Part shown: positions 23,875 through 36,137 of the stretch, one piece after another
Layout: each line of letters starts with the position of its first letter
Numbering within the stretch: the stretch's first letter is position 1
Assembly: GCF_000281045.1 (NCBI RefSeq)
Contig: NW_008246092.1
Span: 270,853 to 307,097 of the forward strand
DNA from: Saprolegnia diclina VS20
Taxonomy: Eukaryota
Direction of reading: 5' to 3'
DNA: 36,245 bases
Notes under the pieces: model-generated
Told to the model about the DNA's origin: nothing
The model's input: only the letters and a program-made list of their open reading frames with translations
Databases searched by the model: none
Translations under genes and position numbers: made by a program

Positions 23875-26800
23875 ATGAGTGTCGCGCCGCTGCCGGTGCG
23901 CCGTCCGAGTGCGCACGAAGGCTCGTCGCTCGAGGCGGGCGCGGCCCCCGGGCGCATTCTCTACGTCAACGACCGGCCGTCGACGCTCGCGGCCATGGCA
24001 CGCTACAGCCTCAAGTATCCGAACAACGTCGTCAAGACGTCCAAGTACTCGGTGCTGACCTTTCTACCCAAGAACCTCTTTGAGCAGTTCCGGCGCGTCG
24101 CAAATTTCTACTTTCTCATCATCTCGCTCCTCCAGCTCACGACCAAGTTGTCGCCGACCAATCCGTACTCGACTGTCGGCCCCCTCATGCTCGTGCTCAT
24201 CGGTACACCAAGCAGCGCATGTCGATCGTATTTTGAGTAATACGTAGCCACGATGATCAAGGAGGCGATCGAAGACAAGGCGCGGCACGAGGCCGACCGC
24301 CAAGTCAACCACGGACTCACGCTCATTTACGACGCGCCGGTCGGCTGGCGCAGCATCACGTGGATGCAGCTCCAAGTCGGCGACCTCATCAAGGTCGACA
24401 ACAACAAGCCATTTCCCGCCGACCTCGTCCTCCTCGCTTCGAGCGCGGACGATGGTCAAGCCCAGGTGGAGACAACGAGCCTCGACGGCGAAAGCAACCT
24501 CAAGGTACAATACTCAGCGATTGCAAATCGTGCTACATTCGTAAGTAGACGCGGTTCTGCCCCATGGCCAAGGCAGGTCCGCTCCAGCCTACGACGTTTC
24601 CGTCCAGCATGACAGGGGAGATCCGATGCGAGGCCCCAAACCGACGTCTCTACACGTTCGACGGCGTCTTGCGATTGCGTGCGGGGCCGGACGACGAACA
24701 GGACATTTCGCTGACCATTGATAACGTCGTGCTCCGAGGCATGAAGCTCTGCAACACCGACTACATCATCGGTGTCGTGGTCGCTGCCGGCGCCGACTCG
24801 AAGCTCATGCTCAACACCAAAGCGGTACTAGTAGTCTCGTCTTGAACAGCGTCTCATTGGTACGCAGACCCCGTCCAAGTTTTCACGTCTCGATGTGATT
24901 GCCAACCGCTGTATTCTGCTCGTCTTTTCCGTGCTCTTTGCCGTGTGCTGCCTCTCGACGGGCCTGAGTCTCATGTGGAGCCACCAGCGCACGCGGCTCA
25001 ACTCGACAACGTACCTCTCGCTCCTCGTGGCGTCCAGCATCCTGGACGTCAACACCTTTGCGAGCACGTTTGTGACTTATCTCATTCTGTACAACAATTT
25101 GGTATGTCCTATTGTTAATTGTGCCATCGACAAGGATCTCATCGACAGCCTGCTAGGTGCCGATCTCGCTCTACATCAGCTTGGAAGTTGTCAAGTGGTA
25201 CCAGGCCAAAAAAATGGAAAAGGACCCCGAAATGGTATTGCTTATATGGGGCGATGGTGTACCACAAGCTTTCGACTATCAGCACACGTGTAGATCGACC
25301 CGGTCTCGGGTCGCGCCGTCCTCGCGCGCACGTCCAACCTCAACGAAGACGTGGGGCAGATCAAATACCTCTTCAGCGACAAGACTGGTATGTCCTTGGT
25401 GTCCGAAAATCGTCTCGATTCTTAAGATTTGATAGGCACCATCACGAAAAATGAGATGGTGCTCAAGGTCATTAGCATCGACAATGTCATTTATGACAGC
25501 ATTCCTGGGGTACTCCAAATTGCATGTATCGGAAAATGGCGCTAACACGCTCGCATAGCCGCCACCCCGGAAGCGGTCGATGAAGGGCATTATCGATGCT
25601 AGTTTTGCCAAGCGACCGTCGCAGCCCAACGCCGTCGCTCTCCTCGCGCGGTGGGTCCCGACTTTCCTGATTCAGTATTCTTATTGCAATATCGCATTAG
25701 TGAAAATTCGATGCGGCGCAAGGAAAAGGAAAATGCCGAACGCGTCGCCGCGCGTCTGCGCATGTTTCAAGCCGACGTGCAGCACTATGACAACCTCGCG
25801 TCAATCGGCTCCAACCCCACGTCGGACGTTGCGTGTCAACCCGTATGTTTGGGTTTGGAGCTGTCACAATGACATACCCAATTTGTAGTCGTCGGTTGTG
25901 CTCGGGGATACGCCGCTCACGAAAGGCGAGCTCACACAGACCTTTTTCCGGTGCCTCTTGCTCTGCCACACGGCGACGATCGCCCCCGATGACGAGATTC
26001 GCGCATCGTCGCCGGACGAGGCGGCGCTCTTGGTGGCCGCGATCGAGTTCAACTGCCGCTGCCGCCAGCGCTCCATCAACTCGGTCACCATCAAGTACGA
26101 TCTTATTTTCAAGTGAAACAAGCGCTTACGGAGCGCGTAGCATCTTTGGCGACGACGAGACGTACGACATTTTAGCGCTCAACGAATTCGACTCGACGCG
26201 CAAGTGCATGTCGATCATTGTGCGCCAGACGTCGCCGCGGCCGACCAGCGAGGATGACGACGGTGTGTCACGTGATGCGTCTGCATACGTGCTGACAAGA
26301 ACAGTAGGCATTTGGATGTTTACGAAAGGCGCCGACACCGCCATGATGGCGAGTGCCGTGCCATACGGTCAGCAGCTCAAACCGCCGGCCATGGCTTTGC
26401 ACATTCACTACTTTGCGTCGATGGGGCTGCGGACGCTCGTGTTTGGGTACATTTGCCGATTACTTATATGCTTCGATATGGACCGTGATTGTTGAATAGG
26501 TACAAGCGACTGACTCGCGCCGAGTACAGCTCGTGGTTTGAAGCGTACACCAAGGCCAAGACGAGCCTCGTGGACCGCGACACAAAGCTCATCGAGTGCG
26601 CACGCTGCATGGAGACAGGCGTCACGCTCCTCGGCGCCACGGGCGTCGAAGATCAGCTCCAAGACGGCGTCACGCACTGCATTCAGACGCTGAGCAACGC
26701 GGGGTACAAAGCGAACTCGACTGCTGTGGCTGACGCTCGATAGGATCAATATTTGGATGCTCACGGGGGACAAGGACGAGACAGCAATCTCCATAGCCAA

Positions 26801-29800
26801 CTCGTGCGGTCTCCTAACCGATCAGTCGCACTTGGTCGTTGTCAACGAAAAAACCAAAGCCGCGTGTCTCTACCAAATTGCCAACGCCCGCAAAAAGCTG
26901 CGCAAAGCCGGTACCTTTGTGGCGGCACGGATCACATCATCGATGACGTGATATTCCACGTAGGCATCTGGCACCCGGGGCGCCCGTCACACGACATTGC
27001 ACTTGTCATCAACGGCGAGGCACTCGAATGCCTCTTGGCGCCAGCCGACGAGTCGCCCGAGCCTGCACCGACCATGGGGCGATACACGTCAAGCGATGCC
27101 CTCGTACCTCCTGAGAGCGGTCGTGGTGGCAATGAGAGCTCGCTAGACGCCGCACCCGAAGTCCGTGACAAGGACTCCCAACGTCGTATGGGCCAACGCG
27201 ATGTGTTGCGGTTGCTGAATCTTGAATAGAAATTCGAGCATCGCTGACGGTCGACGACCCCGCCGAGCTCAGCGTCATGGGCGGTGGCAACGACAGCATC
27301 TTTATGCAGCTCGTGACGCAGTGCTGCTCGGTGATTGCCTGCCGCCTCTCGCCGCTTCAGAAGGCACAGATCGTTGCACTCATCAAGACAAGGTTCGACT
27401 ACCTATCGGTATTAAAGACACCGATCTCACCGAATGTACAGCAAGGGTCGGCCCGTCACGATGGCGGTCGGTGACGGCGGCAACGATGTGAGCATGATCC
27501 AAGAATCGCACATTGGTGTCGGCATCTACGGACACGAGGGCATGCAAGCTGTCCGCAGCGCCGACTTTGCGATTGGCCAATTCCGGTTCTTATCGCGTCT
27601 GATTCTGGCGCACGGCCGGTGGAACTACCGGCGCGTCTCGATCGTGATTCTCTTTTCGTTCTACAAGAACATGGCGCTCATCATGACGCTCTTCTGCTAC
27701 TCGTTTTACAACGGGTACTCGGGTCAGACCATGTACGAGTCATACCTGATTGTGGGCTGGAACGTTCTCTACACGCTCTTCCCGATCCTCGTGCTCGGTA
27801 TCATTTCTTATTTCCAGTGTTGTACTATGTAAAAAATGACAATTAGGCATCACGGACGAAGACATTAGCTCCGAGACCGTGCTGCTCTATCCGTTCATCT
27901 TTCGCAACAACCAGAAAGGCCAAGAGCTCAACATTGAGAAGATGCGCGTGTGGGTCGTGAACGCACTTTTGCACTCATTTCTGGTGTTTATGCTCGGGAC
28001 CTATTTTGTGTACAAATTTCGCATTCCACACCGTACGATACTATGACGGTAGGTACATTGTCGACGGGTCGTCGCTCCCCAACTCGAGTGTCTTTCTCTA
28101 CGGCACGGCTGTCTACGGCGTCCTCGTCGTCACCGTGACAATGAAAGCGGCCATGGTCATGCAGCGCATGCACCGCTGGACGCGCTACCATTACCTCTCG
28201 ATCATTTCGGGGCCGCTCATTTACTTTTTGTTTGTGCTCTCGTACTCGCAGGTACCTTTGGCGATGTGACGACGCATCCTGAACAGAAGCATCGACGTAG
28301 GCCTACGTGTGGGTGCCGATTTCCCCGGTCAGCGACTTTTGTGGTCTCGGTAAAGTGCTTTTTGGCACGGCACAGTTCTGGCTCGTCATCGTGCCCGTCT
28401 CGTTTGCGTCGTTGATTGTGGACATTATTGTCATGTATCTCCAGCGCATGTATTTGCCAACGAACCAAGACATTATCGAAGAAATCGACTGCTGCCTCGA
28501 CAACAACAGCGCTTGCGAAACCACGGTCCGTTGTTCCAATTGAAACAAAAAAATCATTGATATCCGTAGCCCAAAGTGCACACAAGCAGCTCCAAAACGT
28601 GGATTTTGGCCAACAACCCGCTCGGCGATTGGACAAAACAGCACGACGCGTCATCGACGGAGCACGAAGAGCTGTGCCGGTGCGCAAAGTAGATGGTTGA
28701 CATCTCATACTATATGTCTTCTTGTCTCTAGACACTTGGTGCGCATGGAAAAAGCCATTGCGCGGGAGATCGGCGCCCATCGCAGCGACGACCAGGACAA
28801 GGTCATTTCGGCCACGGCGCAGCCCGCGATTCACCCGATCACGCTCGAGTTTATGGGCGAGGAGAACGAAGAGCTCGAGCACGAGTACAACATCAACTTT
28901 TCCCTTCGGTTCGTCGTACAATTTGCGAAAAATCTTATGGTGGGCACAGCGAGGCGCGCCGGATTCGAACGCTCATGTCGGTCGTCGTCGTCGCGCTGCC
29001 GCCGTATGCATTTGTCGAGTACTATGGCGAAGGCGACGAAAACCTCTGGCCGTACCGCGTCGCCATGTTCATTGCGGCGCTGGTGTACATTGCCTACACA
29101 CGCACGTCGTTCTTTCACCGGCACTACCAATACTCGGTATTTTCACTGCATTTTGATTGAAAAATTTCATTTAAATTTATTGCTAGGTTGCGGTGCCCTT
29201 GGCGATCGCTGGTATTGTGTTTACGCAAGCGATCAAGTACACGGGGAAATTTGCCGTCACGATCTTCACCATTATTCTCTATTCGGTCGTGCGCGTCAAG
29301 TTTGTCATTGCGACGTGGCTGGCGTTCTTCAACTTTTTGTATTTTTTACTCTCGGGGTACCTCGGCTTGAACCACATTGCAGCGTCGAGTGAGAATTCCG
29401 CAATCGACGACACGCTCTTTATGCTCTTCATGGTACTATATATTTTGAAATCCCCATTTTGAAACACAAAATTCATTGTCTGTGTAGCTCATTCTGATTG
29501 GCATGGCGGCGTTTGGCGGCTACAACCTCCAAGCCACGATGCGCCGGGACTTTTTACAAAACCGTATTTTGCTCTACCAAGAGCGCCGCAGCACAGAAAT
29601 CCTCAACAACATGTTGCCCGAACACGTGGTCAAGCGCATGCAGTCGGGCGACACACTCATTTCCGAGGAAGAGAAGGACGTGACGCTCCTCTTCTGCGAC
29701 ATTGCGGACTTTGGCTACCTCTTCAAGCACTACTCACCGACGCAGGTACATATATGCATATTTCATCGCATCAGCCAATACGACAATATTGCGCTGTAGA

Positions 29801-32468
29801 TGGTGAGCCTCCTCGACCGCATCTATTCGCTCTTCGACCAGCTGTGCCTCAAGCACGGCTTGCGCAAAATGGAGACTGTTGGCAAAACGTACTTTGCCTG
29901 CGCTGGGCTCCAAGACAGCGAGAAGGGCCGCGAGGCTGCGATCCGGACCGCGGCCATGGCACACGAAATGATGGTCTACCTACATTCCCAAAACATATGT
30001 TTACGAGTGATAGGCGGTCGTGGCCAAGTGCAAGGCCAGCAGCGGCAACGGCATCCGCATTCGGATCGGCATTCACTCGGGGCGCGTCATTAGCGGGCTC
30101 GTGGGCATGAAGAAGCAGCAGTTTTCGCTCTTTGGCGACACAGTCAACACGGCCTCGCGCATGCAAAGCACAGGAATTACGGGCCACATCCAGCTCTCGC
30201 AGGTCGCCCATCTCAACCAGTCGTATGCGGCAACTATGGTGGCATTAGATGACATTTGAGAAGATCCGCAGCGACTTTCACTTTGAAGAACGCACGGTGG
30301 AAGCCAAGGGCAAAGGTCAAATGAAGACCTTCTTGCTCGGCCGCCCGACGACCGCACTCGCCGAGCGTGCGTGCCGTGGGCATTGGGACGCGGGCAAGCA
30401 CGTCGAGTCGCGTCGTGTGAGCATTCCCAATATGCGCGAACCCACCGAGTAGGTCCTTTTTGAAATCGGTATAATGCCGTATCACGCCGTTCGGTAGAAG
30501 CGCACAGTGTCTGCGAGCGATCGCAACTCGCTGCATCGAGTCGCTCCAGCGCACGTTCGACTGCGTCCGCGAGCCGCCAAGCGCCGCCAACGAGAGCATT
30601 GCGGCCAAGGAGCTCGAGATGAAGTCGCAGATCGACTTGCGCTGGCTGCATTTCAAGGACGCTGCGTACGAAATAGCCTACCTGCGGGCGATCGTGGTCG
30701 AGCACCGCGCGGGGTACTGCTTGCTGATGAAACCTTGTCGAGGTGCGAGGATCTTGACTAGGACGCGCCGCACGGTACTGGCCCTTGGCGTCTACATACT
30801 CTACGCAGTGCTCCGCGACGTCCTCCATGACGCTTACGTGACGACGTGCGCGTCGTGCCACAGCTACATGTAGCCACAACGTTATATGAGGTGCACTGAT
30901 ACGGTGTAGGGTTGCGTTTCAATTCGCGCGCGCCGCGGTTGTCGTGCTCATCGCGTGGTATGAGTACAGCGAGTACCACGCGAAGCGCAAGCTGTCGTCG
31001 CTGGTCGTGCCAGACGGCGTCATGCGCGCGTCGCACCGCCAGAACCACCGGCTATTGGTCTTATACGTTTTGATCGCGGTCGTCCTCTTCATGCCCAACC
31101 TCCTTCGGTAGAGTCTTTGCTTCTTTGTGTGTTTTCGACGTATCGATGTAGCTGGATATCGGAGCAAGCGAGCATTCTCTACTCGTACCTCTGCCTCGAC
31201 ATCATCATTGTCATGTTCCTTGCGTCGTTCGGCGGCTCGCTCTTGTACCCATCCGTGCTGCTCATCAACAGTCTTCTCGTGAGCGGCAGCGGCATTATCT
31301 ACTTTGTACTACGTTCATCTGGAGGATATACCTCGAACACTATTTCTAGACGCTGCAGCTCAACTACGAATCGTCCACGATATCGGACGCCGAGAAGCTG
31401 CGCATTTACCCACTCGCGATCACGCTCTTTATCGGTCTCTCGAACGTCATGGCCCGGCGCGACAACGAGTTTTTCGGACGCCGCAAGTACTGGCTCCAGA
31501 CGCGCACGCAGCTCGAGACCAAGAAAGCCGACCAAATGCTCTACAAAATGCTTCCGCAGTCGCTCGTGACGCAGCTCAAGGACGGGGACACGGTCTGCGA
31601 CCAGCACCATCACGTCCGTGCCATGCATTGGGGTACACTGGGAGCTTAGAGCACTGAATAGGTGGGGATCCTCTTCTCCGACATCAAAGGGTTTACCTCG
31701 ATCGCGGCGCGCGCCGACACGGACAAGGTCGTCCACATTCTCGACTCGCTCTTCACGGCGTTCGACAAGCTCACCGAGAAGCACGGTCGGTCCTCAAATG
31801 ATTGTGCAAGTCGGACAGATTGTCTGACATGGGTGCAGGCGTTTTCAAAGTCCAAACGATTGGGGACGCGTATGTGATCGTGTCGGGCTTGCCGTATGCA
31901 GACGTGAGCCTCAATACGGTCTCAACAAATGACCTGAAAGCCCAAGTGCTGAGCCGGTCGACGTTCGACGACGGGTCGGGCTCCAAAGGCGCGCCCAAGT
32001 CTCTGGACACCACGTCGACGCACCTCCGGAACCTCATTCGCATGGCGAGCGATATGCAAGAGGAGGTCAAGAAGGTGAATGACCCCAACAGCGGCGAGCC
32101 GCTCCAGATGCGCATCGGCATTCACCTCGGGAGCATCATTGCCGGCGTCATTGGCACGTCCACGCTGCGCTACGACATGTGGGGACCCGACGTGCTCACG
32201 GGCAATGAGATGGAGACCAACGGAGTGCCCGGGCGCATCCTCGTCTCCCAGGACGTGCAGCACGAGGTCCGCCCGACACGAGAGCCGCCTCCTCACTACT
32301 GTGTTTGTGTAGGCAAGTGTCTGCCCGGATCTGGCCTTTGAGTTCCACAAGAACATTGATTTTACCAACGCCAACCTCGACACATACCTCGTCGACTACA
32401 TCTCTGGCGACGCGACGCTCCAAACGCCGTCGACCCCGACCGGGTCAACGAAAAACACGGCGTTTTAG
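23875..32468 (+). CDS. Bifunctional P4-ATPase (phospholipid flippase) fused to a membrane class III nucleotidyl cyclase, predicted guanylyl cyclase
   Basis: More than 30 short introns. ATPase half: [111 protein letters not shown]. Cyclase half: TM block, C1 ([32 protein letters not shown]), TM block, C2 ([34 protein letters not shown]). Junction introns 28526-28569 and 28680-28731 keep the frame open. TAG at 32466-32468. Confidence 0.9.
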
Positions 32469-32841
32469 CACCGCCCAATCTGCATATCGTATTTAATCTT
32501 GTGTTTTCTAGTCTTCATAGTATGACATTATGTTGCTACATGAACGTCTAAGCTAATTCGTCTGTACTCCCATTTCGACGTGTCCTTTCAGCGGCGTCGA
32601 GCAAAGCGACGTCGCTCAGCGTGCCACGTCAGGCGTGCGAGGGACCAGTAGGTCAGCGATAAATATGCATGCCTTTGTGGGAGCGTTTTTTCGACTTTCA
32701 GAGAAGACATTACAAACATAGAGGTAAAAATATGCAATTGGGTCGCGCACCTTTTCCGGATCTGGCCCCGACCAATCACTGGGGTCTGTACATCCGGATA
32801 CGGCGTTGGCTCGCGATGAATGGTCATCTACAAATTGGGCC

Positions 32842-35800
32842 ATGGGCAACAACAAGAAGGGACCGAAGAAGGCTGCGGGTGGCGCCAAGCCCGCGCCGGC
32901 GACGGCCAAGCCTGTCCATGCCAAGAAGCAGGATGCGCCCAAGGGTAAGCCGCAGCAGAAGCCCGCGCAGCCCAAGGGTCAGCCGCAGCAGAAGCCCGCG
33001 CAGCCCAAGGTCCAGCTGCAGCAGAAGTCCGCGCAGCCCAAGGGAAAGCCGCAGCAGCAGCAGGCCCAGCCCAAGACCCAGCAAAAGACACACGAGAAGA
33101 AGGGTGCTGCGACGCCGAACGCAAAGCAGGGCAAGCCAACGACGCCAGTGGCCAAGTCGGGCAAGAAGGGTCACATTGTTGTCGAGGCCGAAGACACGCA
33201 GCCCAACGAAAAGCTCGCGCTCATGCTCAAGAACATGAAGGACAACGCCGTCGCGTGGCACTTGGCCGTCAAGCCGCTCTCGGCGAGCAAGGCGACAAAC
33301 GATGCGCCCAAGTACAAGCCCAACGACCCGATTGTTGAGGAGAAGCGCAAGCTGGCCGAGTCGGCCATGGAGAAGCAGCTTAAGGCGCTCGAGTCCAAGG
33401 GCAGCCTCTCGAGCGACGACAAGTACCTCAAGACGATGATGAAGTCCGGTACGTTGGCCGATCGAATCGCTGCAACGACGCTCGCGATCCAGGGGTCGCC
33501 GATCCACAACCTCCAGCGCCTCAGCCAGCTCGTGACGATGGCTAAGAACAAGTCGCGCCGCGAGTCGCAAATGGCCGTCGACTCGCTCAAGGATCTCTTC
33601 CTCAACAACCTCCTTCCCGACCGTAAGCTCCATTTCTTCCACCAGCAGCCGCTGCACCGCCCCGACGCGACCTTGCAGCACCTCGTCATCTGGTACTTTG
33701 AGCACTGCATCAAGATGGCCTTCTCGCAGCTCATCGCGGTGCTCTCCAACGGCATGAACGACGCCATCGACGTGCACAAGCGCGCGTGCATCCGCGCCGT
33801 CGTTGCGCTCCTCACGGAAAAGCCCGAGCAAGAAGCGGTCTTGCTCTCGATGCTGGTCAACAAGCTCGGCGATCCCGAGCGCAAGATCGCGGCCTACGTG
33901 CTGCACCAGCTCCAGGAGCTGCTCAAGACGCACCCGGTCATGAAGCGCGTTGTCGTGTCGGACGTCGAGCGGCTCTTGACGCGCACCAAGGTCACGGAGC
34001 GCACCAAGTACAACGCCGTGCTCTTCTTGAACCAGCTGTATCTGGACGCCAAGGACAAGACGCTGGCGACCCACCTCATTAAGGTCTACTTTGGCCTCTT
34101 CACAAAGGAAGTTCACCGCACGGGCTCGGAAGCCGGTGGTCTCGAGCGCAAGCTCCTCTCGGCGCTGCTTGTCGGCGTCAACCGCTCGTTCCCGTACGCC
34201 GAGTGCACGTCGGCGGACTTTCAGTCGGAGATCGACACCATGTTCCGCGTGGTCCACACGGTACGAGACAATAGTGTCCATTGTTGCGTGTATTTAGCCT
34301 CGACCTAGGCGCATTTTAGCACAAGTGTCCAAGCGCTCATGCTGCTCTTCCAAGTCATGAACTCGACCACCTCGGTGCCCGACCGCTTCTACACGGCCTT
34401 GTACGCCAAGCTCTTGGACCCCAAGGTACAATTGGTTGCGCTGGAGTCTATGGTGGCTAATCGCACGCGACGCGTAGCTCCCGACGACCTCCAAGCACAC
34501 CATGTTTTTGAACGTCCTCTTCCGCGCCATGAAGTCGGACGTCTCGCCCGCGCGCGTCAATGCGATGATCAAGCGCCTCCTGCAAGTCGCCTATACGATG
34601 GCGCCGGCCTTTGCGTGTGCTTCGCTCTACCTCGTGTCGCAGGTCATGGCCCACAACCCGCGCCTCCGCGGTATGATCGACATGGCCGAAGCCAGCGATG
34701 TGAGCGTCGTGGCCACCGACGCGACGGCCGTCACCAAGGCTACCAATGACGACGATGACGAAGATGAAGAGACGGCGTCGGACGACAATGCGACTGAAAA
34801 TGTCCCAGAAGAAGACGACGCCGACTTGGCGGCGGAGCGGGATCGCTCGGCGGCACTGCTTGCGGCCATGGGGCTCGACGGCGCGGACGCGGTGGCCGAG
34901 CGCCAGACCACGTCGCAGGCCGGTGTCGCGACGGTGTACGACGCCAAGAAGCGCAACCCGTTGTACGCCGGCGCGGACAATGCGTGCCTCTGGGAGCTGC
35001 AGCCGTTCCTGCAGCACTACCACCCGTCCGTGGCCACGTTTGCCAAGCAGCTGCTCGAGGGCCAGATCGTCTACAGCGGCGACCCGCTCACGGACTTCAC
35101 GCTCACAACCTTCTTTGACAAGTTTGTCAACAAGAAGCCCAAGGCCAAAGACGGGCCGCACCAGCGTGGCGTCGCGGCGCCGTCGGCGATGGCCAGCATG
35201 TACTCGGAGGAGTTCCAAAACCAAGACGAAGGTACGCCATGTCGATGCAACGACAGAGTTCCTGATGATGACATCGTAGGCAACGTCGAGGAGAGCGACA
35301 AGTTCTTCTACACGTTCTTCAAGGAGCGTCTCAAGCGCAAGCCCAAGAAGGCCAAGAAGGAGCCCAAGGACGGCGACGCCTCGGAAGACGACGAGTACGA
35401 GGCCTTTGCCACGCAGTTGGCCGAGGGGCTTATGCAAGACAACGATGACGAAGACGTCGACATGGACGACTGGAGCGGGCCGGAGGACAGCGAGGACGAC
35501 GAGGACGCGGAGGACGCGGACCCGAGCGAGCTCCTCGCGAATGAGTTCCCCGACTCGGACTCGGACGCGTCGGAAGTTGATGACGAAGAGCTGCTCATGA
35601 CCAACGGCCACTCGCTCGCCGACGACGCCGACGACTTTATGGACGACGACGATGACGAGGACGATGACGAGGACGATGACATGGACGATGACGAGGATGA
35701 CGAGGATGACGAGGATGACATGGTATTCCAAGAAGACAAGACGGCCAAATTTGCTGCCAAGTCCAAGAAGGGCGCGGCGCCGGACCGAAAGCGCAAGTCG

Positions 35801-35890
35801 CCGTTCGCGTCCGCGGACGACTACCTCGATCAGATTGCCGAGCTCGAGGCCACTGCGCGGTCGTCCAAGTCCAAAAAGCCCCGCAAGTAA
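32842..35890 (+). CDS. CEBPZ: CEBPZ/Mak21/Noc1 60S ribosome biogenesis factor (CBF domain)
   Basis: Introns 34261-34308, 34426-34477 and probably 35232-35279. Motifs SGTLADRIAA, PEQEAVLLSMLVNKLGDP, LLVGVNRSFPY, DRFYTALY, YDAKKRNPLYAGA, LWEL, HYHPSV, YSGDPLTDFTL, FASADDY; acidic tail. Confidence 0.93.
32938..33075 (+). repeat. Coding minisatellite: about 4 x 33 bp encoding PKGxPQQKPAQ-like units
   Basis: Units start at 32938, 32971, 33004 and 33037 (cccaagggtaagccgcagcagaagcccgcgcag and variants). Confidence 0.9.
35641..35720 (+). repeat. GAC/GAT/GAG low-complexity repeat encoding an Asp/Glu tract
   Basis: gacgatgacgag-type units repeated in the CEBPZ acidic tail. Confidence 0.85.
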
Positions 35891-36137
35891 ATCTCCTAAT
35901 CACTACTACACTATATAATTCGACGCACATACCCATTGCCCGCTTGGAGTCGGCGCGCACAAGCATGACGTCAGTTTGGCAGGTGCTCATAACTGCGCGA
36001 CAATCACACTTGCATCCGAGGGCTCACGCGGCTCGGTGCCAAAGGTACTGAAGCAAACTTGAATCGGATCATATAGTTAGATAGCACTCCCAACACGCAA
36101 CTGGACCACCTCTCGGTGTCGTGCGGGGTGTTGGCTC

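Noticed and set aside
28526..28731. Reading the ATPase and the cyclase as two adjacent genes
   Set aside because: Two canonical short introns give a stop-free join, there is little room for a terminator and promoter, and the fused architecture has precedent.
23875..32468. Pseudogene interpretation of the many short ORFs and stops
   Set aside because: The breaks I checked coincide with 40-58 nt GT-AG introns and the catalytic motifs are intact.
32824..35796. Long minus-strand ORFs of 485, 424 and 162 aa
   Set aside because: Antisense shadows of CEBPZ; their V/L/S-rich composition mirrors the K/Q/D/E codons on the plus strand.
35960..36055. ATGACG...CTGA segment suggesting a C/D snoRNA or SECIS
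   Set aside because: Box C is non-canonical, there is no convincing terminal stem, SECIS spacing is wrong, and neither flanking gene has a Sec codon.
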